Positions 45,790-54,781 of a stretch of 58,259 bases of DNA are shown here, one piece after another. The notes under the pieces are model-generated. The model was not told the origin of the DNA and did no database searches. It saw nothing but the letters and a program-made list of their open reading frames with translations. The position numbers were made by a program, and so were the translations under genes. Where the stretch lies: positions 1 through 58,259 of IMG/VR virus record IMGVR_UViG_3300047509_000193, one strand, 5' to 3'. Position 1 is the first letter of the stretch. Each line of letters opens with the position of its first letter. The DNA comes from a virus (lineage: Duplodnaviria > Caudoviricetes).

Positions 45790-46304
45790 AGCTGATCTGG
45801 ACCGACAATTTCAACAGGGAAACAGTCAGCGAGCATCTCGTCGCCGATCACGTCCGCGAGGCAGAGAAGCTGATCTTGCTCAACGCTCTACGTGCAACCT
45901 GCTCCGCCAACGGGCCAGACTGGTACAAGCTGGTAGAGGACGACTATGAACTTTACAAGTTCGAGCCGGAGGATATCCAGTGGATGAAATCGAGATTCTC
46001 TATGCAGGACTTCGGAGTCCGTTTGGGATTGTGGTCAAGTCCAGTCACGGCTTCGACTTCACCAGACAACGGCTCTATCAAGCAAGAGCCAAACTCTGTG
46101 ATCCTGCCCTCGCCCAGCTCCAAATCAGGAGAGGCCCAAATGAAGAAATCTGGATTCGCTGCGAAGCGGCGACAAGCAAGGCTCCCAGATCCAGCCCCTC
46201 GTCCGAGGGACAATTTCTATTGGGGCGAGATTCAGTCAATGCACAAGGCAGATCGGAAGAGGCTTAACTTTGCCTCAGATAGAGTTCTGGAGCCCAAAAC
46301 ATGA
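45786..46304 (+). CDS. Hypothetical protein (3' two-thirds overlaps the next gene)
   Basis: ATGA coupling at both ends; only the first ~62 aa are free of overlap. Confidence 0.5.
   Translation: MKLIWTDNFNRETVSEHLVADHVREAEKLILLNALRATCSANGPDWYKLVEDDYELYKFEPEDIQWMKSRFSMQDFGVRLGLWSSPVTASTSPDNGSIKQEPNSVILPSPSSKSGEAQMKKSGFAAKRRQARLPDPAPRPRDNFYWGEIQSMHKADRKRLNFASDRVLEPKT
45980..46267 (+). CDS. Hypothetical protein
   Basis: GGAGG RBS before GTG; RQRLYQAR...DP.L..L.I motif. Confidence 0.6.
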   Translation: MDEIEILYAGLRSPFGIVVKSSHGFDFTRQRLYQARAKLCDPALAQLQIRRGPNEEIWIRCEAATSKAPRSSPSSEGQFLLGRDSVNAQGRSEEA

Positions 46305-46624
46305 TTGTCAGCCGCCGCAGCTTCCTCTCCGGCCTGATCCTCGCCCCTGCGATCATCAAGTACGATTCGCTGATGCCAGTTCGGCTCTTCCTGCGGGACG
46401 GGCAGGGTGCCGAAGGCACCTTGGATCAAATCTGGCCAGTCATAGACACAAGGTCTGGCCTCGTCGTGCGTTTGTCCGCAAAGCAGATCATAGAGGGCGG
46501 AGCCCGCTACCGAGTCTACTTCGAGTCCGTGCCAGACCCAAGCGCCGATATGCGTGCCAAGAGCATTCTGGCTGGCACAATACAGCTTATCAAGCCCAAG
46601 GGCCTTATCTTGCAAGGAATCTAG
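46301..46624 (+). CDS. Hypothetical protein with twin-arginine-like N-terminus
   Basis: MIVSRRSFLSGLILAPAII. Confidence 0.6.
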   Translation: MIVSRRSFLSGLILAPAIIKYDSLMPVRLFLRDGQGAEGTLDQIWPVIDTRSGLVVRLSAKQIIEGGARYRVYFESVPDPSADMRAKSILAGTIQLIKPKGLILQGI

Positions 46625-46628
46625 TCCA

Positions 46629-46892
46629 GTGTCTCAACGACCCAAAGAGCCAGTCGAACGAGTGCATTTCCATTTGTACACCCGTGACTTGGCTAGGATA
46701 GATGCCTTGTTCAAGCACCGCATGAGCCGTGCCCAGGCCGTCCGTGAGCTGCTTCGCCGTATGTTGGATCGGATCGAGGCCAAGGGCAAGATCAGGGTGC
46801 AGCCACTGCAAGTGCCAAACGACTTAGAGCTGCCGCCCTTGCCACCAGTCAAGGATGACCTGGACGACCTCCTAGGCGCCCCTGCGGAGTAG
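46629..46892 (+). CDS. Ribbon-helix-helix-like regulator
   Basis: RVHFHL...DLARID...SRAQAVRELLRR. Confidence 0.6.
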   Translation: MSQRPKEPVERVHFHLYTRDLARIDALFKHRMSRAQAVRELLRRMLDRIEAKGKIRVQPLQVPNDLELPPLPPVKDDLDDLLGAPAE

Positions 46893-47043
46893 TCTATGCT
46901 TACCTGGCTAGCAGGACGGCGCAGGGGCTTATGCCCCCTGCGATTTAACAAGGAAGGGCCGCAGAGATGCCAAGTGTTCTGCACGATTTCCGGCGCCTGC
47001 TAGCCAGCTAAGCACAGGGACATCCAGATGGGAGATTTAATAT

Positions 47044-47226
47044 ATGCTCGGCCATACAGTAACAGTTTATTTGCTTTCACCTGATACGCATGTGCGCGGA
47101 GAGCTACGAAAACAAACTGCAGAAGGCGTTTGGCTTTATCATGGAATGGCAGAGAAAGCTGCTCTGCATTTCTATCCCCAGCATCGTATCTCTGAGATCG
47201 AAGACAACGGACCAATCTACAGATAA
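47044..47226 (+). CDS. Small hypothetical protein
   Basis: GGAG RBS; beta-rich 60 aa. Confidence 0.5.
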   Translation: MLGHTVTVYLLSPDTHVRGELRKQTAEGVWLYHGMAEKAALHFYPQHRISEIEDNGPIYR

Positions 47227-47238
47227 GGCACCCATTGC

Positions 47239-47448
47239 ATGACAGACCAAAGTCCCCTCGCCGAGGCCAACCCACTTTCCCTTGATGAGCTCTTCCGCCT
47301 TGACCCCCTCAAGCTCACCGACGCCGACGTTGACCAGATTATTGCTGAGCTTCGCCGCAAGCGCGCCCTTTGGGCTGCGAGCGAGGCCGCACCTAAGGCT
47401 GCGAAGCGAACGAGCAAGGAAGAACTCAGCCCGGACGACTTCGCATGA
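47239..47448 (+). CDS. Hypothetical protein with C-terminal EELSPDDF motif
   Basis: SLDELF..DPL.LTD.D...II.ELR; coupled to the exonuclease gene. Confidence 0.75.
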   Translation: MTDQSPLAEANPLSLDELFRLDPLKLTDADVDQIIAELRRKRALWAASEAAPKAAKRTSKEELSPDDFA

Positions 47449-48398
47449 GCGCAGCGCTGGCCTTGCAGCCCCTCGCCAATCCGAGCTTCTCCTCTGGCTA
47501 CGCCGGCTTGCAAGTAGCTTGGGACTCGACTAGCCTAGGTGCCCTCAAGAAGTGCCCACGCTTCTACCAACTGAGCATAATAGAAGGCTGGGCACCTCGC
47601 GAAGAGTCCGTGCATCTGCGCTTTGGCCTCCTCTACCACGGCGCCCTTGAGCGCTATCAACATTGGAAAAGCCAAGGCCATCAAGAGGCCTTACGCCTTG
47701 TCGTCCGATGGACCCTGGAACAGACCTGGGACCATGACTTAGGGCGTCCTTGGCTATCGGACAGCCCGAACAAGAATAGGGCCACCTTGCTCCGCACTGT
47801 CGTCTGGTACCTAGACCAGTTCGGCAAATCCGACCCCTTCGAGACTGTAGTCCTGGCCAACGGCAAGCCCGCAGTGGAGCTAAGTTTCCGCTTGGAACTC
47901 AACTACCAAAGCCACTTGACGGGCGAGGCCTTCCAACTCTGTGGCCACTTGGACCGCTTGGTGACTTTCCAGGAGCAAGTCTTCACCGTCGATGCCAAGA
48001 CCACAAAGCACACGCTTGACGACAGATACTTTGCACAGTTTAGCCCAGACAATCAAATGTCCACCTATTCTTTTGGTGGCAAAATCGTCTACGCCCAGCC
48101 GATCCAGGGCATAGTCATCGACGCGGCACAGATTGCCGTTGGGTTTACCCGCTTCGAGCGCAGGATCGTGCCAAGGCAGCAGAGCCAACTCGACGAGTGG
48201 CACAGGGATCTGGGCTTCTGGCTAACCACCGCCCAGATGCATGCCAAAGCAGCTTATTGGCCCCAGAATGACAAGTCCTGCTTCCTCTGCCACTTCAAGT
48301 CCATTTGCGGACGGCCGCCAAGTGGCCGCGAGGCCTGGCTTGCCAAGGACTTCGTACGGCGCCAGTGGAATCCCCTCGCTTCGCGCGGTGACATATGA
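47445..48398 (+). CDS. PD-(D/E)XK Cas4/RecB-like exonuclease
   Basis: KCPR.Y, FG..YH..LE, GHLDRLV...DAKTT, QMSTY, C..C.F..IC. Confidence 0.85.
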   Translation: MSAALALQPLANPSFSSGYAGLQVAWDSTSLGALKKCPRFYQLSIIEGWAPREESVHLRFGLLYHGALERYQHWKSQGHQEALRLVVRWTLEQTWDHDLGRPWLSDSPNKNRATLLRTVVWYLDQFGKSDPFETVVLANGKPAVELSFRLELNYQSHLTGEAFQLCGHLDRLVTFQEQVFTVDAKTTKHTLDDRYFAQFSPDNQMSTYSFGGKIVYAQPIQGIVIDAAQIAVGFTRFERRIVPRQQSQLDEWHRDLGFWLTTAQMHAKAAYWPQNDKSCFLCHFKSICGRPPSGREAWLAKDFVRRQWNPLASRGDI

Positions 48399-48610
48399 CG
48401 TACCATGTCCCCTCCGAGAAGCAGAAGCTTCAGCGTCGCTACGCAGGCTATCTGCGTGGTGCCCTTGGCTCCGCTGCCATCTTGCGGAACATCAACCATG
48501 CAACAGGCCTCGAGATGCTTCCAATCTTCGACACCACGCGGATCAAAACCAAGCTAAAGGCTTGGTACGAAACTGAGAAGCAAGTGCTTGCAAAGAAAGA
48601 AAAGGCATGA
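48395..48610 (+). CDS. Hypothetical protein
   Basis: ATGA coupling. Confidence 0.55.
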   Translation: MTYHVPSEKQKLQRRYAGYLRGALGSAAILRNINHATGLEMLPIFDTTRIKTKLKAWYETEKQVLAKKEKA

Positions 48611-48614
48611 CCAG

Positions 48615-49496
48615 ATGAACGACGTACAGCCAATCACCGCCCCTGTCCTTGCCATAGCACCCCCAATCAAAGCCCTCTTCATGGGCGAGAGCGGCTCTGG
48701 CAAGACCTGTGCTCTCGCAAGCCTGCTTGACGCTGGCTACCAAGTCCGTGTCTTAGATCTCGATAACGGCATCGATACGCTCAAGCACTTGCTCACAAGC
48801 GAGAAATCCAAGTACAAGAAGGACTGCCTCAGCCGCCTATCCTACATCACCCTCACCGAGCCTATGCGCTTCGCCCAGGGCCGCATCATCCCGGCCAAAG
48901 CCACAGTCTGGCAAAGCGCCATGACCATGCTCGATAAGTGGAGCAACAGCAAGGCCGAGTTGGGGACAATCTGTGACTTGGGCAGCGCAAGCAAGTGGGG
49001 ACCAGACACTGTCCTTGTCATAGATACCATGAGCACCTTGTCCAACGCGGCCCTAAACTTTCATCTGGCAATGCAAGGCGCCCTCGGCGCAGTCCGCAGC
49101 CAGAACGAGGGAAGGCGTGACATTGGGGTGGCGCAGCAGCTAATCAGGACCTTGTGTCAGTACCTTAGCGATGTAAGCCTCCGTTGCAACGTCCTCGTCA
49201 ACTGCCACATTGTCTACGTCAAGCAGGATGGCAGCGGAGACTTAACGCCGGGCGAAAAGGCACCTACTCAGGGCTTCCCCGCGGCGATAGGGCGAGCCCT
49301 ATCGCCTGAGATACCTAGGTACTTTAACGCCGTCCTGCTCTGCGCAAGCGCCGGAGGACAGCGGAAGGTAATTCATACTATGACCCAGGCGAATATAAAC
49401 CTTAAGACAACAGCACCCCATAGCATAGCCCCTATGTATGAGCAGCCCACAGGCTTAGCAGAGTACTTCCGTGCAGTAAGAGGGCTCTTGCCATGA
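48615..49496 (+). CDS. AAA_24 / Sak4-like ATPase
   Basis: MGESGSGKT, LDLDNG, LVIDT, VNCH, IPRYFN; lies between exonuclease and SSB. Confidence 0.8.
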   Translation: MNDVQPITAPVLAIAPPIKALFMGESGSGKTCALASLLDAGYQVRVLDLDNGIDTLKHLLTSEKSKYKKDCLSRLSYITLTEPMRFAQGRIIPAKATVWQSAMTMLDKWSNSKAELGTICDLGSASKWGPDTVLVIDTMSTLSNAALNFHLAMQGALGAVRSQNEGRRDIGVAQQLIRTLCQYLSDVSLRCNVLVNCHIVYVKQDGSGDLTPGEKAPTQGFPAAIGRALSPEIPRYFNAVLLCASAGGQRKVIHTMTQANINLKTTAPHSIAPMYEQPTGLAEYFRAVRGLLP

Positions 49497-49651
49497 TCAA
49501 GGCTTTGCCAAGAGATTATACCAAACCTCTGCGGACAATCACCGGGGAGATCACCAAAGAGCGCTTCGCGCGCTTAACACGCCACCTCAAGGTAGGTGGA
49601 AAGCCCCTCGAAAGTATGTTACTCAAGCTGCAAGAGGAGCATGACAGGTGA
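49493..49651 (+). CDS. Small hypothetical protein (52 aa)
   Basis: Manual translation; overlap-coupled at both ends. Confidence 0.45.
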   Translation: MIKALPRDYTKPLRTITGEITKERFARLTRHLKVGGKPLESMLLKLQEEHDR

Positions 49652-50244
49652 CAAGCTTTGAAGAACTGATAGAGTCATATCAGCCTGCATCTGCAGGGTC
49701 TTTGACACAAGCACGGCTGCAAGAAGTTGTGCATTGTGATCCAATCACAGGAATGTTTACCAGAAAACTACCGACGCTTCGCCGCAAGGTTGGAGCAATA
49801 GCTGGAAACATAAACAATACTGGCCGATGGGTAGTCCGCGTTGATGAAAAGCTGTATTTAGCTTCCCGTCTTGCTTGGCTTTACATGACAGGGAATTGGC
49901 CAACTTATCAGATCGACCACAAGGATCGGAATCCTGCTAACGATAAGTGGGAGAATTTACGTGAAGCAAACAGTTCACTTAACACCATGAATAGAGGCTT
50001 GCAAAGCAATAACTCTTCTGGCTATCCAGGCGTAAGCAAGTTTAAGGATAAATGGGAGGCATACATTAAGAAAGACGGAAAGAAAAGATTCCTTGGGTAT
50101 TTCACAACAGCTGAAGAGGCAGCGGCTGCACGTGCCATTGCTGCACAATCACTATTTGGTGAGTTCGTTCCCCTTATAACAGATAAACCTCCAGTCCATA
50201 CATATCAAGAAGAGCTTTCTCCTTCTGACTTCTTGCCTGATTAG
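49648..50244 (+). CDS. HNH endonuclease with AP2-like domain and C-terminal EELSPSDF motif
   Basis: RLAWLYMTG.WP...IDHKDRNPANDKWENLREA...N.SGYPGV...LGYF.T.EEA; AT-richer than flanks. Confidence 0.9.
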   Translation: MTSFEELIESYQPASAGSLTQARLQEVVHCDPITGMFTRKLPTLRRKVGAIAGNINNTGRWVVRVDEKLYLASRLAWLYMTGNWPTYQIDHKDRNPANDKWENLREANSSLNTMNRGLQSNNSSGYPGVSKFKDKWEAYIKKDGKKRFLGYFTTAEEAAAARAIAAQSLFGEFVPLITDKPPVHTYQEELSPSDFLPD

Positions 50245-50282
50245 TTTGGTCATAATCCGTGACCCACAGGAGCACAAATACC

Positions 50283-50714
50283 ATGCCTGATTTCTCACAG
50301 CTACTCTCTAAGCCTCTAGACGAAGTTAAGAGGCCCCAAGCCCTTCCAGCTGGCACGTATTTCGGCTCGGTCAAGAGCTATGAACTCGGTGAATCGTCTG
50401 AAAAGAAAACTCCGTTCGTCCGAGTCCATTTTTCACTCAGCCACGCCGGCGACGACGTGGACCCCACCGAGCTGAACGGCGTTGACCTCCCCAAGCGCCA
50501 GCTCCGTACGGACTATTATTTGACGCCCGATGCCGACTGGAGGCTCAAGGAGTTCCTGGAAAGCTGTCACATTGACTGCAAGGGCAGAACCTTCCAGAGC
50601 ACCCTGCCCGACTGCATCAACTCGCCCGTGATGCTCGACGTTGTACAACGGCTTAATAGCCGCAGCCCGACGGACCCACCTTTCTCGGAAGTGAAGACCG
50701 CAAGAGGCGCTTAA
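50283..50714 (+). CDS. DUF669-like single-stranded DNA-binding protein
   Basis: P.ALPAGTY...S..KKTP...RLKEFL; position after exonuclease and AAA_24; AGGAG RBS. Confidence 0.65.
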   Translation: MPDFSQLLSKPLDEVKRPQALPAGTYFGSVKSYELGESSEKKTPFVRVHFSLSHAGDDVDPTELNGVDLPKRQLRTDYYLTPDADWRLKEFLESCHIDCKGRTFQSTLPDCINSPVMLDVVQRLNSRSPTDPPFSEVKTARGA

Positions 50715-50861
50715 GCATCTTCTGGCGTGCCGGACCCTTGGGACGACCGATTGAGCGTCTCTGGCAGGGTGAGTGTCCAAACCTCGCTCGCGTCGACGAG
50801 GGTCTGGATTAAGTCGAGTCGGCGACACGCCAGCGAAGGCGAAGCCTCAAGGAGAGCTGCC

Positions 50862-52202
50862 ATGCCAGACGAAAGCCACATCAGGGAATTTTGCTACCTT
50901 CCCCTCGATCAGATCACCGTGATTCGCGCCGAGCGGCAGCGGCGCAAGGCCGATCCAGGCGACTTGATCGACTCCATCAAGAGGCTAGGGATTTTGAATC
51001 CCTTGATCCTGCGTCGCGATGGCACCCTTGTGGCTGGTGAGCGCCGCTTTGAGGCCGCCAAAGCCCTTGGACTGGCTCAAGTCCCGGTAAGGTTCTTCGA
51101 AGACCTTGATCCAATCACCGCCAAGATCATCGAGCTGGAGGAGAATCTAAAACGTGCTGATCTCCCCTGGCAAGACCAATGCCGGGCCATAGCAGAGCTA
51201 CATCGCTTGCATGGCGAGAAGACTCCAGGCTGGACGCAGAGCCGAACGGCGAAGTCCATTGGCCTCGAGGACCCGACGGTTACCATGTACTTGAGAGTCT
51301 TCGAAAGCCTCGCCGATCCCTTGGTCGCCCAAGCTACCGGGATGCGTGTCGCATACAACATCCTGACGAGGATCGACGATCGCAAGGCCGGCGACGCCAT
51401 AAGCGAGATTATGGAAGCCGGATCAGACTTTTGGGAGACGGAGCCTACGGCTCCGTCCGCAACGGCAAGCAACCCTTTGGAGCCACCATCGGCCGAACCA
51501 GAGCCCTCTGTCCTGCTTGCCAACTTCCTCGAATGGGCTCCCACCTACAGCGGCCCCAAGTTCAATCTTATCCACTGTGACTTCCCCTACGGCTCTGGCG
51601 CCTTCTCCGGGCCGCAAAGCGGCAAGGACAAATGGGAGGCATACAGTGACTCCCCCCAGCTCTATTGGCAACTCATCGTTTGCTTGGGGCAGAACCTTGA
51701 CAAGGTCATGGCCCACGAGGGCCACTTGGTGTTCTGGTTCTCGATGGAGCATTATACAGAGACACTCAGGGTCTTCGCTAAGGTCGCTCCGAGCCTTGCC
51801 TTCAACATCTTTCCTCTGGTCTGGCTCAAGTCAGACAATGTGGGGGTCCTTCCGGACCCCAGGCGAGGCCCACGGCGCATCTACGAAACGGCCTTTCTCG
51901 CTTCGCGAGAGGACAGGCCCATAATCAGGGCCGTCTCCAACGCCTACGCTGCCCCAACCAACAAGGACCACCACCCAAGCACCAAGCCGGAGCCAGTGCT
52001 CAAGCACTTCTTCGCCATGTTGGTAGACGATCAAACAACCTTGCTTGATCCAACTTGTGGCGCCGGAAGCGCCCTTCGGGCCGCCGAATGCCTCGGCGCG
52101 AAGCGAGTCCTAGGGTTAGAAATAAATGAGGAGTATGCTTCCATTGCGCAGTCAACTCTGCGCAGCGCAAGGACACTCCGCAACTTTGGGAGCAAGGCAT
52201 GA
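50862..52202 (+). CDS. ParB-like domain fused to a beta-class N4/N6 DNA methyltransferase
   Basis: L.DSI...G.LNPL...LVAGERR..A...ELEEN..R; IHCDFPYG, HPSTKP, LDPTCGAGS. Confidence 0.85.
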   Translation: MPDESHIREFCYLPLDQITVIRAERQRRKADPGDLIDSIKRLGILNPLILRRDGTLVAGERRFEAAKALGLAQVPVRFFEDLDPITAKIIELEENLKRADLPWQDQCRAIAELHRLHGEKTPGWTQSRTAKSIGLEDPTVTMYLRVFESLADPLVAQATGMRVAYNILTRIDDRKAGDAISEIMEAGSDFWETEPTAPSATASNPLEPPSAEPEPSVLLANFLEWAPTYSGPKFNLIHCDFPYGSGAFSGPQSGKDKWEAYSDSPQLYWQLIVCLGQNLDKVMAHEGHLVFWFSMEHYTETLRVFAKVAPSLAFNIFPLVWLKSDNVGVLPDPRRGPRRIYETAFLASREDRPIIRAVSNAYAAPTNKDHHPSTKPEPVLKHFFAMLVDDQTTLLDPTCGAGSALRAAECLGAKRVLGLEINEEYASIAQSTLRSARTLRNFGSKA

Positions 52203-52387
52203 CCACTCCCTTTGCCTTTCCTCTCCCTTGGTCCGTTGTCAACTACGACGGCCGAATCAGCATCATCGACGCCTCCAGCGCCCACGTGACCGAGGTCTAT
52301 CCAGGCCAGCACCTGGGACAGATCCCCAAGACCGAGACCTGTCTCGCCGTCGCCCGTCGCATCGTCAACGCGGTGAACCTGGGATGA
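52199..52387 (+). CDS. Small hypothetical protein
   Basis: PLPW...ARRIVNAVN; overlap-coupled. Confidence 0.6.
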   Translation: MTTPFAFPLPWSVVNYDGRISIIDASSAHVTEVYPGQHLGQIPKTETCLAVARRIVNAVNLG

Positions 52388-52761
52388 GGCGCTCCGGGCA
52401 TAGAACCAAGCAGCAGGCCCGGTTCGAAGACAGCCGGATCAAAGTCCTGCCACATCGCTGCCATGAACTAATCCGTGATCTCTACCGCAAGGCACAGAGG
52501 CTCGAGATCACCTACGGCGATTGGGAGCAGGCCAGCGGGGTGAGCCTTTGCTGCCTGACAGACGCTTGGAGAAGGAACAAAAACCCAAGCCTGCTTAGCT
52601 TCATCGCTGCCGGAGAGGCCCTGGGCTACACCCTGGCTTGGGTACCGACCGAGGCCAAGAGGCTTACGATGGATTTGGAACCTTACCTTGCGGATTCGCC
52701 TGGCCCGAGCCAGGACAACTTCCCCATTGGCGAACTAAGCATAGAGGAGTTCATCAAGTGA
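52384..52761 (+). CDS. HTH protein
   Basis: ITYGDWEQASGVS...W...NPSL..F...GEALG; ends GELSIEEFIK. Confidence 0.6.
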   Translation: MRRSGHRTKQQARFEDSRIKVLPHRCHELIRDLYRKAQRLEITYGDWEQASGVSLCCLTDAWRRNKNPSLLSFIAAGEALGYTLAWVPTEAKRLTMDLEPYLADSPGPSQDNFPIGELSIEEFIK

Positions 52762-53234
52762 CAAACCAAGTCGCTTTTTGTGTTGTGCCTGGCTGCGGCA
52801 ACACCGCCGTGCAAGGTGATCTCTGTAACGTGCATCTGCCAGACAGGCCCAGAAAGGACTTGATCTTCGACCATGACAGGTGGAACAAGCTCCTTGCTGA
52901 CACAGTGAAGCAAATCACACACCTTGCAGCAAGTAAGGGTGGCGAATACTCTGGCGATTTCGATCGCCTTGCGAACTTTCGCCGCAACGCGGAGCGGCTT
53001 GGCCTAAGCATGGAGCATGTTTGGGCAGTTTATAGCGCGAAACACTGGGACGCCCTCATGCAATTCGTGCAGGATCTGTCCATAGGCAAGGAGCGCCCTC
53101 GATCCGAGCCTCTCCAGGGTCGCTGCGACGACCTAATCGTCTATTTGATCTTGTTCAAGGCAATGCTCGAAGAGCGAGAGGCAAGGCCTGTTCCAGGCAC
53201 TGCAGCCTGGACTCTGAAAGAGAAGAAAGTATAA
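52758..53234 (+). CDS. DUF1599-like (nucleotide-modification-associated, MazG-fold) protein
   Basis: KGGEYS...DRLANF...KH.D...E...GR.DDLIVY..L. Confidence 0.6.
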   Translation: MTNQVAFCVVPGCGNTAVQGDLCNVHLPDRPRKDLIFDHDRWNKLLADTVKQITHLAASKGGEYSGDFDRLANFRRNAERLGLSMEHVWAVYSAKHWDALMQFVQDLSIGKERPRSEPLQGRCDDLIVYLILFKAMLEEREARPVPGTAAWTLKEKKV

Positions 53235-53238
53235 TTCT

Positions 53239-54345
53239 GTGGCACTAGTCCCTTTTCGCCATTCGGTAGGCAGCAAAAGCGCCAAAATTGCCCTTGTTGG
53301 CGAAGCTCACGGCGCAGATGAGGAGGAGTGTGGTAAGCCCTTCGTCGGCCAGAGTGGCCGCGAGCTAGCCAGAATGGCTTTCGAAGCCGGCCTGCTTAAG
53401 AACCCGTTGCCGGACAGGTGGCTCAGTAACAAGGATATGATCTATTATTGGGAGGCTTCTGGTCTCTTCCTCACAAACGTACTTGCTTTGCGACCTCCTA
53501 AGAATAACTTGGATGCCTTGTGCGCCAGCAAAAAGGAAGTGGGCAATGACTACCCCATGCCAGGGCTCCGCCAAGGCAAATACCTACGGCCAGAGTTCCT
53601 ACCGGAGCTTGCAAGGCTACAAGAGGAAATAAGCGAAGTAAAGCCGAACCTTGTCCTAGCCTTAGGCAACACCGCCTGTTGGGCCATCCTGCACAGCACC
53701 AAGATCGGCTCCATCCGCGGAGCGGTGGCCCAAGCGGGCCACCAAAAAGTGCTCCCAACCTTCCATCCTGCAGCGGTGCTGCGCAACTGGGCCTTGCGCC
53801 CTGTCGTCGTCGCCGACTTGCTCAAGGCAAAGACCGAGGGGAGCTTCGCCGAGGTTCGGAGGCCCAAGCGCTGTGTCCTTGTCAACCCAACCCTGCCCGA
53901 GATCGAGCAATGGTACGAGGGTGAAGCCAAGCACGCGGACATAATCTCCGCAGACATAGAGACTGGCGCTGGCCAAATCAAATGCATCGGCTTTGCCACG
54001 CGGCCAGACCTCGCCATCGTCATCCCCTTTGTGGACCTGACCAAGCCCAGCGGATGCTTCTGGGACAATCCCATTGACGAGGACGCAGCATGGCAATGGG
54101 TAAGGCGTATCCTCGCCCTGCCTTGTGCCAAAGTCGGTCAGAATTTCATGTACGACCTGCAATACTTAATGCGAGTGGGCATAAGGCCCTGCAACGTCCG
54201 AGAGGACACCATGTTGCTGCACCACAGCCTCTTTCCTGAACTTCAAAAGGGATTAGGCTTCTTAGGCAGCATATATACTCAAGAACCTGCATGGAAGCTT
54301 ATGGCTCGGCAAAAACTACAAGAAGGAGAGAAGAAAGATGGCTGA
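53239..54345 (+). CDS. Uracil-DNA glycosylase-like domain plus N-terminal part of 3'-5' exonuclease (first half of a split DNA polymerase)
   Basis: VGEAHG..E....PFVG.SG, TNV, LGNTA, TFHPAAVLR; then DIET (ExoI), QNFMYD (ExoII), DTMLLHH. Confidence 0.85.
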   Translation: MALVPFRHSVGSKSAKIALVGEAHGADEEECGKPFVGQSGRELARMAFEAGLLKNPLPDRWLSNKDMIYYWEASGLFLTNVLALRPPKNNLDALCASKKEVGNDYPMPGLRQGKYLRPEFLPELARLQEEISEVKPNLVLALGNTACWAILHSTKIGSIRGAVAQAGHQKVLPTFHPAAVLRNWALRPVVVADLLKAKTEGSFAEVRRPKRCVLVNPTLPEIEQWYEGEAKHADIISADIETGAGQIKCIGFATRPDLAIVIPFVDLTKPSGCFWDNPIDEDAAWQWVRRILALPCAKVGQNFMYDLQYLMRVGIRPCNVREDTMLLHHSLFPELQKGLGFLGSIYTQEPAWKLMARQKLQEGEKKDG

Positions 54346-54730
54346 GTCACCATTTCGCCCAATTCTCTGTCTTGACTTCGACGGCGTTCTGCACTCTTAC
54401 ACGTCGCGCTGGCAAGGCCCAGACATCATACCGGACCCTCCCACCCCGGGCATGGCCAAGTTTCTACATGAAGCTGTGCAAAAGTTCGACGTTAGAATTT
54501 ATTCCAGCCGCTCCAACCATGATGGTGGGCGGCAGGCAATGGGAGAATGGCTAACAAAGCACTGCGTCGAAGCTCTTGGGCCTTTGGCCCCTGGCGTCCT
54601 CAGCCAAGTCACCTTCGCAGAGGGCAAGCCAGCAGCCTTTCTTACGATAGATGATCGGGCTCTCTGCTTTACAGGGACTTGGCCAAGCATAGAGAGCCTT
54701 CTCGCTTTCAAACCTTGGAACAAGGCCTAG
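54338..54730 (+). CDS. HAD-family phosphatase
   Basis: LCLDFDGVLHSY, IYSSR, KP.A...IDDR. Confidence 0.85.
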   Translation: MAESPFRPILCLDFDGVLHSYTSRWQGPDIIPDPPTPGMAKFLHEAVQKFDVRIYSSRSNHDGGRQAMGEWLTKHCVEALGPLAPGVLSQVTFAEGKPAAFLTIDDRALCFTGTWPSIESLLAFKPWNKA

Positions 54731-54781
54731 CCCGATGGAAACCTTCATCCATATCCTCCTTGCCTTGATAGGAGCCCTCGC

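Noticed and set aside
47445-48398. Cas4 as evidence of a CRISPR-Cas system
   Set aside because: No other cas genes or array; the context (AAA_24, SSB) is a standard phage recombination module.
50862-51400. ParB as a plasmid-prophage partition system
   Set aside because: It is fused to a methyltransferase, and no ParA or parS array was recognised.
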